Below, in pieces: positions 1 through 9,847 of a stretch of DNA of 64,000 nt (position 1 is its first letter; the number at the start of each line of letters is the position of its first letter). The notes under the pieces were generated by a model. That model had not been told where the DNA came from, ran no database searches, and was given only the letters and a program-made list of their open reading frames with translations. This DNA is from a virus: the IMG/VR virus record IMGVR_UViG_3300028837_000933, positions 57,821 through 121,820 of that record; one strand, 5' to 3'. The translations under genes and the position numbers were made by a program.

Positions 1-2839
1 CGGCCACGTTCATCAATAAGAGCGGAACAGTATCAGGCGTCACGCTCGCGGCGTGTATCAGGGCTGCAAAGTTTGCCTCCCCCACGGTGAGAACCACGTC
101 ATCGGGCGTGCTCGAGACAGCGCTCAGCACTGCGGCTAGGTTCGTTGCTAGGTCCAGATTAGCTGTCGGCGTGGTCGACTGAGCGGCAATGATAGCCGCC
201 ATGCGGAAGATGATCCCCAGCATGGCAGTATCGGGAGTGATGGACCCCGTGGCTATCGCTGCGACATAGGCTCTAGTAACCGCCAGCACTACCGTATCGG
301 GCGTGCTGCTGTCAACACCAACCGCCGCGGCTATCGGCAGCACCAGCCCCAGGATCGCATCGGGCGTTGTCGAAACCGCATCCAAGGACGCCGTCATCGC
401 CATGACGGCGGTCATGTCTACTGTGTCGGGCGTAGTCGATGCAGCCTCCAGCGATGCGACCATCTCCCGGCTAACTGCCAATGGCACCGTGTCGGGCGTT
501 GTGGTCGCGCTATCCAGAGCCGCCGCGAATGACTTGATGATGTCCAGCGAAATGTTGTCGGGCGTGGTGGATGCGGCCAAAATCAGCGCATCATCGAAAC
601 TCGGTTGTCGGTCGAGCGATGCAGTATCAGGCGTTGTTGAGACTGCGTCCAGGGAAGCCGTCATCTTCATGACGGCAGTCATGTCTACGGTGTCGGGCGT
701 GGTGGAAACCGCGGCAATGGTGGCCGCGAAAAGAATATCAGCCTCCACGTCCAGTTCCACGGTGTCGGGCGTGGTGGAAGCCGTATCGATGGCAGCGGAG
801 TACTTCCTGGACACAGCCAGTTCAAACGTGTCGGGTGTGGTTGACACCGCATCCAGGGACGCGACCATCTCCCGGCTAACTGCCAATGGCACCGTGTCCG
901 GCGTGGTCGTGGCCGTGTCGATGGACGCAACCAAGCTCGGTTGTCGGTCGAGCGCAACGGTATCCGGTGTGGTCGATGCGGCTACCGCTGATGCGGCCAG
1001 TTCGCAGAACACATCCAGGACTACGCTGTCCGGTGTCGTGCTGGCGGTGTCGATGGTAGCCGCGTACTCGCGAGTGACGGCCAGCGGCACCGTGTCGGGC
1101 GTGGTTGATACAGCCGCCAGGATCGCATCCAGTTCGCAGAACACATCCAGGACTACAACGTCCGGTGTGGTGCTCGCGGCAGCGGCCAGGGCCGCGAAGG
1201 TCTTTATGATCGTCAGCTCGACCGTGTCGGGCGTGGTGGAAGCCGTATCGATGGAAGCCGCGAGCTTCCTGGACACAGTCAGTTCAAACGCATCGGGTGT
1301 GGTGGATGCGGCCAAAATCAGTGCATCATCGAAACTCGGTTGTCTGTCGAGAGAGACCGTGTCCGGCGTGGTCGTGGCCGTATCGATGGCGGCCGCGAGT
1401 TTCCTTGTAATTGCCAAGGTAACGGCATCGGGAGTGGTGGAAACGGACGCCAGGATCGCATCCATCTCCACGAACACGTCCAGTTCCACGGTGTCGGGTG
1501 TCGTGCTGGCGGTGTCGATGGTAGCCGCGTACTCGCGAGTGACGGCCAGCGGCACCGTATCGGGTGTGGTTGAAACGGCCGCCAGCGTGGCATCCAGTTC
1601 GCAGAACACGTCCAGGACTACAACGTCTGGGGTTGTAGTCGCGGCAGCGGCGAGGGCTGCGAAGGTCTTTATGATCGTCAGTTCGGCGGTGTCGGGTGTT
1701 GTGGATGCGGCCAAAATCACCGCGTCATCGAAACTCGGTTGCCGATCGAGCGATGCGGTATCAGGCGTTGTTGAGACTGCGTCTAATGAAGCCGCAAACT
1801 CAATGGTGGCCGTGAGACCAACGTTATCGGGTGTGGTTGACGCTGCATCCAGTGTAGCGGCCAGTTCGATCACGGCGGTCAGGGCTACGGTGTCGGGCGT
1901 AGTCGATGCAGCCTCCAACGATGCGACCATCTCCCGGCTAACTGCCAATGGCACCGTGTCGGGTGTAGTCGCAGCCGCATCGATGGCAGCCACGAACTCC
2001 CTAGTGACCGCCAGGGGCACGGTGTCGGGCGTGGTCGAAGCTGCGGTGATGACAGCCACGTACTCGCGCTGCACCGCCAGGGCTACGGTGGTAGGCGTAG
2101 TCGAAACAGCTGCACAGACCGCTGAGAAGTTGACATCCTGCCCAACATCCTCGTACAGCGCAGTGATCGCGCCTACCCACTCAGAAGAAGAGGAGATCGT
2201 ACCCGTGACCGTGTCGCCTGTTAGGGCCGTGGCCAGTCGGTACTCCAGCTGAACGGCCACGTTGGATTCGCCGGCGCCTGCTGTGCCCGACCCGATCGGT
2301 GTCCCTAGGTTGGTGTAATCGGCATCTGCGGAGACCGTGACGTTCGTCTTGTTCTGGATGCCCGTCACGTGCAGCATCAAGTAGTCGCGCTCGGTTAGAC
2401 TGCTGATGGTCGTGCTTACACTGGTTCCGCTACCATTGGAGCCAGTATCAGCCTCTTCGGTAACGCTTCCAGCCGTGGAGAACTCCCAGACGCCGATCGC
2501 CCGTGCGTAGCAGCTGTGGTGCGTACCCGTGACGGTATCGCTGGCCGCGGTGGTCAGCGCGGTTGTCAGTTCGCTCATCCAGAGGCTGACGGTCACGCCA
2601 TCGTTGGCAGAGCCAGATGACCGCGTCCACTCTACGAGTTTTGTGTAGGCGTTGGACTGGTCATCCTGGACCTGCGTGTGATCCGTACTGGCACCGCTGG
2701 TGGTTGTGTTGTTGTCGGTGACGAGAACAACGATCGCAAGGTCTCCGACCGCTATGTCTGCTGTTACATCGACAGCAGAAGTAGTGCCGGTGGACCTAAA
2801 TCCTGCGCCTCCTCGTTCTCCTTGGTAAGCAAATGCCAT
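1..2839 (-). CDS. Large repetitive virion/tail-associated protein, truncated by the window edge
   Basis: Frame read by hand at both ends, from ATG 2839 (alternative in-frame ATG 2911) off the left end. N-terminal ~230 aa beta-rich domain (MAFAYQGERGG...), then ~30 repeats of ~22 aa built on [ST]TPD (e.g. STTPDTVPLAVTREFVAAIDAA). Lies in the structural operon. Confidence 0.8.
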   Translation of the reverse strand, partial: MAFAYQGERGGAGFRSTGTTSAVDVTADIAVGDLAIVVLVTDNNTTTSGASTDHTQVQDDQSNAYTKLVEWTRSSGSANDGVTVSLWMSELTTALTTAASDTVTGTHHSCYARAIGVWEFSTAGSVTEEADTGSNGSGTSVSTTISSLTERDYLMLHVTGIQNKTNVTVSADADYTNLGTPIGSGTAGAGESNVAVQLEYRLATALTGDTVTGTISSSSEWVGAITALYEDVGQDVNFSAVCAAVSTTPTTVALAVQREYVAVITAASTTPDTVPLAVTREFVAAIDAAATTPDTVPLAVSREMVASLEAASTTPDTVALTAVIELAATLDAASTTPDNVGLTATIEFAASLDAVSTTPDTASLDRQPSFDDAVILAASTTPDTAELTIIKTFAALAAAATTTPDVVVLDVFCELDATLAAVSTTPDTVPLAVTREYAATIDTASTTPDTVELDVFVEMDAILASVSTTPDAVTLAITRKLAAAIDTATTTPDTVSLDRQPSFDDALILAASTTPDAFELTVSRKLAASIDTASTTPDTVELTIIKTFAALAAAASTTPDVVVLDVFCELDAILAAVSTTPDTVPLAVTREYAATIDTASTTPDSVVLDVFCELAASAVAASTTPDTVALDRQPSLVASIDTATTTPDTVPLAVSREMVASLDAVSTTPDTFELAVSRKYSAAIDTASTTPDTVELDVEADILFAATIAAVSTTPDTVDMTAVMKMTASLDAVSTTPDTASLDRQPSFDDALILAASTTPDNISLDIIKSFAAALDSATTTPDTVPLAVSREMVASLEAASTTPDTVDMTAVMAMTASLDAVSTTPDAILGLVLPIAAAVGVDSSTPDTVVLAVTRAYVAAIATGSITPDTAMLGIIFRMAAIIAAQSTTPTANLDLATNLAAVLSAVSSTPDDVVLTVGEANFAALIHAASVTPDTVPLLLMNVA

Positions 2840-3049
2840 TTTCTTCGGTTTCTTGGGCTTCTTCGGTTTTTTAGGCTTTTTCTCCTCGGTGCGACCGAGT
2901 GGCGCCCACATGCCTTATAGCCATACCTTTATCCCCCCCAGGAAGGCATGGCGCATCGGCCAGGGCTTACCGCATTGGAAAACCCTGGCCAGTCCAAGGA
3001 CTTGCGCCTACCAATTGATGTGTATCCATGCCCAGCCTCCTTGTCGGAA

Positions 3050-3868
3050 CTAGGACATGGTGATGTCGAGATCCCCCGCGGGGAACTTTGCAGTGTCCCC
3101 GTTGTCAACGGCCTGATCGGTCATGCCGTTGTCATAGAAAAGGAGATCCCCGGCCGTCACGGCCGAACAGATGGCCACGGCTATGATGGTTCCCCAGTTG
3201 GCGGTGGCGGTGGTGAAGGTGATGTCATCGTTGTTGTCCACCAATCCAGCAGCGGCATTGTTCCAATCCGGTGCGGCTCCGCCATTCGGAGTCACTTGCT
3301 CCCTGGCGTACGAGCCACCACTGGGCTCGGTGATCGTGGAACCCGTCATACCGTCCGTGACCGGGTTCGTGATGATCAAGGCCACGTAGGTGTCGGGCGC
3401 CGCGTACGCCTGGTTGCGGAACATCAGATCCAGAAGGTCGATGCACAGGCTGTCGGAGATTTCGCCGGCGCTGAAGGTGACATCGATCTCGCCGGAGGCG
3501 ATGGATGGCGTGTTCCCGCTGACGATCGACTTGCCGGACGCGAACTGTCCGTGGGCGAGCATGTTTCCAGTCCCATGCGCACTGGCGTCCACAATCGCCC
3601 AGTGGGTAACGGTTCCCCAGGAGCCCGTGGCCTCGGGGAACGTCACCGCGCCCGTCTGGTCCACGGCACGGCTGGCCGCAGCGGCAAACGTAATGGCGGT
3701 TCGGGCGTAGGAGCCCGAGTCGGCGCACTCGCTCATCGAGGCGCCCGTACCCGCATCCGTTGGGTCTGCGGTACAGAGCGCCACATACACTGTGGCAACG
3801 GGGCTGTACGCCGCGTTGCACACATGGTCGAGCAACTCAAGTTCTGCGTAGTCTGAAAGGCTTCCCAT
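3050..3868 (-). CDS. Phage tail/structural protein with two tandem copies of one ~130 aa domain
   Basis: Two similar halves (YVAL...GSYAR...TF..AT..WGT...A I); RBS GGAGG upstream; structural operon. Confidence 0.75.
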   Translation of the reverse strand: MGSLSDYAELELLDHVCNAAYSPVATVYVALCTADPTDAGTGASMSECADSGSYARTAITFAAAASRAVDQTGAVTFPEATGSWGTVTHWAIVDASAHGTGNMLAHGQFASGKSIVSGNTPSIASGEIDVTFSAGEISDSLCIDLLDLMFRNQAYAAPDTYVALIITNPVTDGMTGSTITEPSGGSYAREQVTPNGGAAPDWNNAAAGLVDNNDDITFTTATANWGTIIAVAICSAVTAGDLLFYDNGMTDQAVDNGDTAKFPAGDLDITMS

Positions 3869-3920
3869 TGTCTAGTCCTCCCTCTTATGATGGAAGCTAC
3901 CTGAAAATCGCGTTGGAAGC

Positions 3921-4133
3921 TCAGCGCTTCCTCTTGCGTTTGCGTCTCTTGCCAATCTTCCTCATCTTCTTGGCGAAGGACGCTCTTTGCCGGGTCTTCC
4001 GGCTCCGGCTCTTGAGACCTTTCGCGATGCAGGCGTTGGTCACGCCTCCGTAGCCCTGCCGCTTACAGTACGCCGTGAAGGCCCCTGGTTTCTTTACGGC
4101 ACCTTGAATCCACTTCTTCTTTTTCTTGGCCAC
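3921..4133 (-). CDS. Small very basic protein (possible DNA-condensing virion protein)
   Basis: 70 aa, K/R-rich, WIQGAVKKPGA motif, RBS AGGAGG. Confidence 0.7.
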   Translation of the reverse strand: MAKKKKKWIQGAVKKPGAFTAYCKRQGYGGVTNACIAKGLKSRSRKTRQRASFAKKMRKIGKRRKRKRKR

Positions 4134-4448
4134 CGTGTACCTCCTAGCTGAAACAAACGACTGGCTCCCTCGCTAGGCGACCAACGCGACAGGGCCGCGT
4201 GCCCTATGGCACCCGGCCTATACCTTACAGAGAATGAAAGGATTTTGCACTGGGACGCACTGAAAGGCGGGCTTGTTCGGCCCGCTTCTCAAGCTCGTCA
4301 CAGCACTCCAGGGCCATCTATCGACATACCGCACGGTCCCTCCCGATGTGCGAAGTGAGCCGGCGACCGTCTGGACTGCCTGTGACGGTGTGGTAGTGTG
4401 ACGACCTTTCGGTCGCCGGCTCGCACTAATTCCCCACTAGGGGAGGAA

Positions 4449-4877
4449 CTACGTGATAGGCATGGCGTAGATGTAGACGCGGCCAGCGCCTACGTCATCG
4501 CCCGTGTCGTTATCAACGGGCGTAAGGGTCAGGACATCGCCAACATCGACATCCGCATAGGCATCATCGATAGTTCCGGCTGACACGAGCACATTGTCAG
4601 CGCCTGACCAGTCAAACGCATCGGTGATGGCGTTCGCGCCGTTTTTGAGCTGCAACGTATCGGACAGCTCTCCAGCCCCTCCGGTGTGGATGGCATCGAC
4701 GCGGAAGATCCGACACTTGAACGCACAAGTCAGGGTCACATCGGCAGCAGCGCCCGATGCTACCTCCATATAGAAGCATAGCGGCAACTGGCCATCGCCT
4801 CTGGCCCCTGACGCCTTTCTTTCTACCTCGCCGGTTTTTGAACCCGCTGGAACATGGACGTGTTTCTTTCGAGCCAT
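4449..4877 (-). CDS. Putative head decoration/structural protein, paralog 1
   Basis: 142 aa, RBS AAGGAGG, highly similar to 4938-5369, downstream of the capsid gene. Confidence 0.65.
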   Translation of the reverse strand: MARKKHVHVPAGSKTGEVERKASGARGDGQLPLCFYMEVASGAAADVTLTCAFKCRIFRVDAIHTGGAGELSDTLQLKNGANAITDAFDWSGADNVLVSAGTIDDAYADVDVGDVLTLTPVDNDTGDDVGAGRVYIYAMPIT

Positions 4878-4937
4878 TACATCTACCTCCTTAGCCTCAA
4901 GACAGCTAGACTACCTCACGCCTCATACAAGCGATGC

Positions 4938-5369
4938 TTACGTGAGCGGCATGGCGTAGATGTAGACGCGACCGGCTCCCAGATCGCTGCCTGTGTCAAA
5001 GTCCACCGGGACTAGGGTCAGAACATCACCCACATCGACATCCGCATAGGCGTCATCGATGGTCCCAGCTGACACAACAACGTTGTCGGCTCCCGACCAG
5101 TCCATGTCATCCGTGATGGCGTTGGTATCGCCGTTCTGGAGTGTCAGGGTATCGGAAGCCTCGCCGGCGCCGCCAGTATGGATGGCATCGACACGGAACA
5201 CGCGGGCCTTGAACCGGGAAGTCAGGGTCACATTGGCAGCAACGCCCGCTGCCACCTCCATATAGAAGACGAGGGGAAGCTGCCCATCGCCCCTGGCCCC
5301 CGCGGCCTTTGCTACAACCTCGCCGGTTTTGGAACCGGCTGGTACGTGAACGTGTTTTGTACGAGCCAT
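4938..5369 (-). CDS. Putative head decoration/structural protein, paralog 2
   Basis: 143 aa, RBS AGGAGG, tandem paralog of 4449-4877. Confidence 0.65.
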   Translation of the reverse strand: MARTKHVHVPAGSKTGEVVAKAAGARGDGQLPLVFYMEVAAGVAANVTLTSRFKARVFRVDAIHTGGAGEASDTLTLQNGDTNAITDDMDWSGADNVVVSAGTIDDAYADVDVGDVLTLVPVDFDTGSDLGAGRVYIYAMPLT

Positions 5370-5658
5370 TGCAATTGCCTCCTGGTCTCATAAAAGCCGG
5401 GAAGGGACGGACGCAGATTTGGGGGGGTGATGTGCCCGTTGGTTAGGCGGGCGGTGAGCGATCACCCCAACAAACTTTCGTTCGTGGGAATAGGAGTTTG
5501 ACACATGCCCGATAGAGATCCACTAGACCCGGTTCCTCTATCGGCCACCACTGGCTGCTGGAGAACCGAATCCGTACAGGTCATGCAGGAGACTCCAGCG
5601 AGCCAGTGCGGCTATGGGTTTGTATGCCATCCATCCCTATCCCGGCAACGGTCCGTCA

Positions 5659-8433
5659 CTAGGACAGCACCACGTGGGCAGCCTTCTCCGGAACCGGGGA
5701 ATCCGATCCGTTGAACTCTTCCACGTAGTACTGCTCCGCGGCCACCAGCTTCGCATTGGCTGTCGTCCCGTAGGGGCCGAACAGCTGCCAGGGCTGCAAG
5801 ACTCGGTGATGCACGATTTCGCGGTTGCCAACCACGGCATACCCATCGCGCATCTCGGTGGACTGAATGAGCGGCAGGCCCTTGATCCTGCCGATGAAGC
5901 CGTTGGCGTTGAGCATCGCATCGGCGCGAGTGCCAGCGGCGGTGAAGTTGTCCCAGTTGGACGCGACTTCGGCCTGGGTGGCGGACATGAGGATGAAGGT
6001 GGGGTCGTAGTAGCGGTTGATGATGCGGACCTTGGCTGTCCCCAGCCGTTCGATCAGGACATCGATGGTCTCGCTCGAGGAATCCCAGGCAAGGCCGGCG
6101 TTCGCGGGCACCTGGAGGGCGGCCGCGATGGCCATGTCGATCAGTTGCGCGTCGACGTACCTCTGGCACCGGCGGGTCATCATGGCGATGGTGCGGGCGG
6201 TGGCGTCATAGCCGAGCGCGGCGCGGGACAGAACCACGGCCTCGCGGCTGATCTGCATGGCCAGCCTGTCGGCAGCCATGGAGAGCAGCACGAAGTCGAG
6301 CGTCCCCTTGCCTCGTTCGATCTCGCCAAGCTCACCCTTGCGGATGGCCCGGTAGGAGTAGTCCAGGTCCAGGTCGGTCGAATCCCCAATGGTGCCGCCA
6401 TTGGCCGCGGTGATGGTCCAGAGCTTGCCGTTCCGGGCATCCACCACGTAGTCATCGCCCTCGACGAACGGCGTGCCGCCGCCGCCAGGCTCGAGAACCC
6501 ACGTCCCAGGCACAATCGCCTGATTCGCGAGGTCAAACCAGTCGCCCTCGGCCGATGTGACAGTCTCATCGGTGACGGCAACGGTTTCACCCGTCTCGCC
6601 GGCATACGCCTCGTAGTAGACCCGCGTGTCGGCATCGCTGGTCATCTGGACATCGAAGATGCTCGTTGCAACGAGATCGGGAACCGCCTCGGCAACGATG
6701 GCTCGCATCACGGTGTAGGGAAGGTTGAGGTCGGAAACCTGCTCAGCCTCCTCGAAGAGCCGCGCCTCCTGCACCAGATGGTGCTTGTAGCGCTGGTCGA
6801 AGGCCGCCATGTACTGCTGGGCGAAGCGGCTATTGAGCGGGTTGCTCGCGTCTTCCTTGCTGCGATCCTCGAAGTAGCCGTGCCTCACGCACGACTCGAC
6901 AAGCAGCATGGCGGGCTTGGTGAACGCCGGGGCACCGGTCACGCCCTCGATCACGGGACCAAGGACCTCGATCACGGTGGGATCGCCCATCGCTTGTCGC
7001 TTCAGCTGGGACAGCATCTGGTCCGCAAAGGATCTGCGGGCCTTGATGAGTGTCTTGGCTTCGTCGATGCTCTTGGGCTCGCCGGCCATGACCTCTTCCT
7101 GGACCTGCGTCCGCACCCACTCGGGGTAGTTGGCGATGCCCTTGATCTCGCTCTCCACGTACTCCGCCACCTCTCGGGCAGATGACTCGGTCTCCAGCTG
7201 GGCCAGCCTCTCGGCCTGCTCCTGGAGCGCGTTTTCCAGGGAATCGGTCTCTCCCAGATCCAGCTGCTTGCGCAGGGAAGCCTGGGCTTCATCGATGATT
7301 CGCTGGCGATCCGCCTGCTCTTCCTCGATCTCGCGCTCGGCTTCCATGCGGGCAAGCTCGCGCTCGCGGTCGCTCTGGGCCACAATCGACTCGACCAAGT
7401 CGGGTCGCTGGGCCGCGATCTCGGCCGTGGTCAGTTCGGTGACGGGCACCGCGCCTTCCGGGGCCTCTGGTTCTTTCGGTGTCTGTTCCTGGCCTTTCTT
7501 CGGTGGCATAGCTGCAATTCCCTCCTCTTGGGATGTCTGACTTTCTGCGTAAGTGACAGCCGCCTGGGTGTCACTCGGTTCCAGTACGAGATCGTAACCG
7601 GTGATGATGAGTGCCTCCACCACCTCGATAACTTCTCCGCTTTTCTGCTCTTCGCTGACGGAGGTGCCGTATCCGCGCTGGCTGATGCCAGGTTTCACGC
7701 CACCTTTCATCTGGGCACGGAGATCGTGCCCGGCCTGCGTCCCCAGCAGCTTGCCCTCAACGGTCACCTGCTTCCCATCGAACAAGCACTCTTCCCAGTT
7801 GACCACCACCTCATTGAGAAATGGTCGCCTCGTGGGCTTCATGCTCGGATGCTCGACTTCGCCAAGCAACTGCTGAACGCGGCCCTGTCCCGCGCTTTCT
7901 CCCAGATGATCTTGGACTATAGCGACCGCCTCGGCCAAAATCCTACGCTTGTACAGCGTACCGTTGCTGGTCACTTTGTCGGCTGTGATGCCGATGCCAC
8001 GAATCGCCCAGGGGCCGTCTGGACTGGCCCCATCACTCTCCACGAGTTCGACCGTACCCGATAGTTCGGCAAACCGCGTGGCCTGGTCCTTCTCTTCACG
8101 GAGCAGCCTCTCCGCCAGAGGTCGGGCCTTGTAGGCCAGTTCGACTACTTCCCAATCCTCTGTTTCAACAAAGACAAAGGTGTCATCTTCCGCCTCAAAA
8201 CCCACCTTCCAAAATGACTCGATGGGTAGGCAACGGCAGAAGACGATGACGTAATCCTCGAAGACTTCGTGGACCCATCGCCCCCAGTCCTGGTTCAGCC
8301 ACTCCTCGAACTGGACACGGAAAGCTCGCTCCACACTTCTCAGCGTGTGATTCAGTGATCCTCGCACCTCGGAGATTTCTTTGCCCCGAGCGATCTTCCG
8401 CACTTCCATTTGCTCGCTGTTTGGGTCTGGCAT
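5659..8433 (-). CDS. Prohead protease-scaffold-major capsid fusion protein
   Basis: 924 aa. T4 gp21-like protease motifs (LGEVEHP, GISQRGYG, YDLVLEPS), an acidic coiled-coil scaffold, and a C-terminal capsid-like region (GRIKGLPLI). Confidence 0.85.
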   Translation of the reverse strand: MPDPNSEQMEVRKIARGKEISEVRGSLNHTLRSVERAFRVQFEEWLNQDWGRWVHEVFEDYVIVFCRCLPIESFWKVGFEAEDDTFVFVETEDWEVVELAYKARPLAERLLREEKDQATRFAELSGTVELVESDGASPDGPWAIRGIGITADKVTSNGTLYKRRILAEAVAIVQDHLGESAGQGRVQQLLGEVEHPSMKPTRRPFLNEVVVNWEECLFDGKQVTVEGKLLGTQAGHDLRAQMKGGVKPGISQRGYGTSVSEEQKSGEVIEVVEALIITGYDLVLEPSDTQAAVTYAESQTSQEEGIAAMPPKKGQEQTPKEPEAPEGAVPVTELTTAEIAAQRPDLVESIVAQSDRERELARMEAEREIEEEQADRQRIIDEAQASLRKQLDLGETDSLENALQEQAERLAQLETESSAREVAEYVESEIKGIANYPEWVRTQVQEEVMAGEPKSIDEAKTLIKARRSFADQMLSQLKRQAMGDPTVIEVLGPVIEGVTGAPAFTKPAMLLVESCVRHGYFEDRSKEDASNPLNSRFAQQYMAAFDQRYKHHLVQEARLFEEAEQVSDLNLPYTVMRAIVAEAVPDLVATSIFDVQMTSDADTRVYYEAYAGETGETVAVTDETVTSAEGDWFDLANQAIVPGTWVLEPGGGGTPFVEGDDYVVDARNGKLWTITAANGGTIGDSTDLDLDYSYRAIRKGELGEIERGKGTLDFVLLSMAADRLAMQISREAVVLSRAALGYDATARTIAMMTRRCQRYVDAQLIDMAIAAALQVPANAGLAWDSSSETIDVLIERLGTAKVRIINRYYDPTFILMSATQAEVASNWDNFTAAGTRADAMLNANGFIGRIKGLPLIQSTEMRDGYAVVGNREIVHHRVLQPWQLFGPYGTTANAKLVAAEQYYVEEFNGSDSPVPEKAAHVVLS

Positions 8434-8445
8434 ACATCTGCCTCC

Positions 8446-8637
8446 TTATCGGCGCCTGCGGGATCGTTTTGCCCGCTTCCGGCGCTTCCTGCGTCGCCTC
8501 GATGAGTGCGAGCCAACGTTTATATTGAGAGCCGTGTGGTGCTTCTTGGCCTTCGTGACGGATGGGTGGCACTTCAGCGTCCGCCACTTCCCGCCTTTCT
8601 TGACCTTGACGCACTTGCCGACTCTACGATACGGCAT
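8446..8637 (-). CDS. Small basic protein with Arg-rich tail
   Basis: MPYRRVGKCVKVKKGGKW...RRRRKRRKRAKRSRRRR, 63 aa, immediately before the capsid gene. Confidence 0.65.
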   Translation of the reverse strand: MPYRRVGKCVKVKKGGKWRTLKCHPSVTKAKKHHTALNINVGSHSSRRRRKRRKRAKRSRRRR

Positions 8638-8639
8638 CA

Positions 8640-8933
8640 GCCTTGGTTCTCTGCGCTTCCTATAGGAACGGCAGGGGGATTGTACTCGAACGGCGCGTGC
8701 CCGCCCAACCAGCATAGGTTGAGCAGCCACGGATGGCCGTTCACGAAAACAGCAGCGGGGCTGGCCATCTCCCCCCGCGGTTTGGGAACAGACTGACGAC
8801 CAGCCCCTTTGATTGGGGTATCCTCGGTTTGGGGCGGGTAGCCACAAATCGCGTCCTGCACGATAGTCCCCTCTCCATCCTTCCAGGATGGCAACACGGT
8901 GCTCTGCTACAACGTGACTCTAGTGGCTCCCGC
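8640..8933 (-). ncRNA. Candidate structured 5' leader/ncRNA of the capsid operon
   Basis: Begins at the predicted TSS. Stems GCGGGAGCCAC/GTGGCTACCCGC, CCATCC/GGATGG, GGGGCTGGTCGTC/GATGGCCAGCCCC and GCTCAACC/GGTTGGGC, with G-U pairs. Confidence 0.5.
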
Positions 8934-8939
8934 GTGAAC

Positions 8940-8968
8940 AGTATACCACATCTCGTATAGGGAGTCAA
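8940..8968 (-). promoter_or_regulatory. Sigma70-type promoter for the capsid operon
   Basis: TTGACT-17 nt-TATACT with TG extension. Confidence 0.75.
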
Positions 8969-9029
8969 GTCACGGTATACCGAAACTTATACTGCCATGG
9001 TTGAAAACTCCATTTTCAACCAAATCGGT

Positions 9030-9530
9030 TCAGTACTCCAGCTGATTCTCTACGGACCGCAAGCGTGCTTGCAAATCGGCCACCTGTTGTTCCAGTGCCT
9101 TGCAGCGCAAGGCCAGCTGCTCAGGCGTCTCTTCGGGCGTGACTGGCCACTCGGCGGGCACCGTCCATTTCCACTCGCTGCCATCATCGCACCAGACCGT
9201 TTCGCCGCACTCGCAGTAGTCGCCCGGCATCGCCCGCTGGAAGTAGTGGATGCCATTCTGGCACATGGGCGTGCAATTCATGCCGGTCGAATCCCCTGTG
9301 TTGAAATCGGTGCGCTCGCGGTATTCTGGCCCGTCAAAGACATACTGGACGTGCTCATCGGCCGTCACGACTGGCTGCCAGGGCCAGGATGGCCACCTTC
9401 TAGGATCTTTCACGAGCTTATCAGCCCAATCATCCGACCACGTTACGCTCATCGCCTTCGGGTCCAACCCCCTCGTAGATACAGCGCGACTGTCCCAACT
9501 GAACACGAACGCGGCAAGCACTGCACCCAA
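9030..9530 (-). CDS. Hypothetical protein (Cys motifs, C-terminal coiled coil); start uncertain
   Basis: ORF track; overlaps the upstream ORF by ~80 nt. Confidence 0.5.
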   Translation of the reverse strand: MGAVLAAFVFSWDSRAVSTRGLDPKAMSVTWSDDWADKLVKDPRRWPSWPWQPVVTADEHVQYVFDGPEYRERTDFNTGDSTGMNCTPMCQNGIHYFQRAMPGDYCECGETVWCDDGSEWKWTVPAEWPVTPEETPEQLALRCKALEQQVADLQARLRSVENQLEY

Positions 9531-9844
9531 ATGTACGGTGTGACGTAGATCCCGGTTAGCTGGCCAGTGTACCAGAACGTTTTCGACCTCTTACCCAAGA
9601 ACAGCCATATCGGTAGGCCGTGAATCCAATACTTTCGATACTTGCGGTAGGTGACGCGGACTCTAGGCCCCAGCAGCGGACGAACCGTAATCTTGACCTT
9701 CTCCGCACCACGGCGCACGACCGCGACTTGTCCTCTGCGGATGGTGCCGGCGCGATTCCACCCCGGTTTGTACGCGGCCACGTCTGCGGGGACCGTGGCC
9801 GCCAGCAAAACGAGCAACGCCAGTACAGCAATGACTTTCTTCAT
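9449..9844 (-). CDS. Hypothetical secreted basic protein
   Basis: Signal-peptide-like N-terminus MKKVIAVLALLVLLAA; RBS AGGAG. Confidence 0.6.
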   Translation of the reverse strand: MKKVIAVLALLVLLAATVPADVAAYKPGWNRAGTIRRGQVAVVRRGAEKVKITVRPLLGPRVRVTYRKYRKYWIHGLPIWLFLGKRSKTFWYTGQLTGIYVTPYIWVQCLPRSCSVGTVALYLRGGWTRRR

Positions 9845-9847
9845 CGT

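Noticed and set aside
303-2252. 649-aa plus-strand ORF with SGVV repeats
   Set aside because: Antisense shadow of the minus-strand TTPD-repeat gene, which fits the operon direction
5614-7185. Long opposite-strand ORFs (also 9620-10918, 24631-26298, 49176-50210)
   Set aside because: Antisense shadows of well-supported genes in GC-rich DNA
8670-8720. GTTCGAG T-loop-like sequence on the minus strand
   Set aside because: No T stem or cloverleaf can be formed
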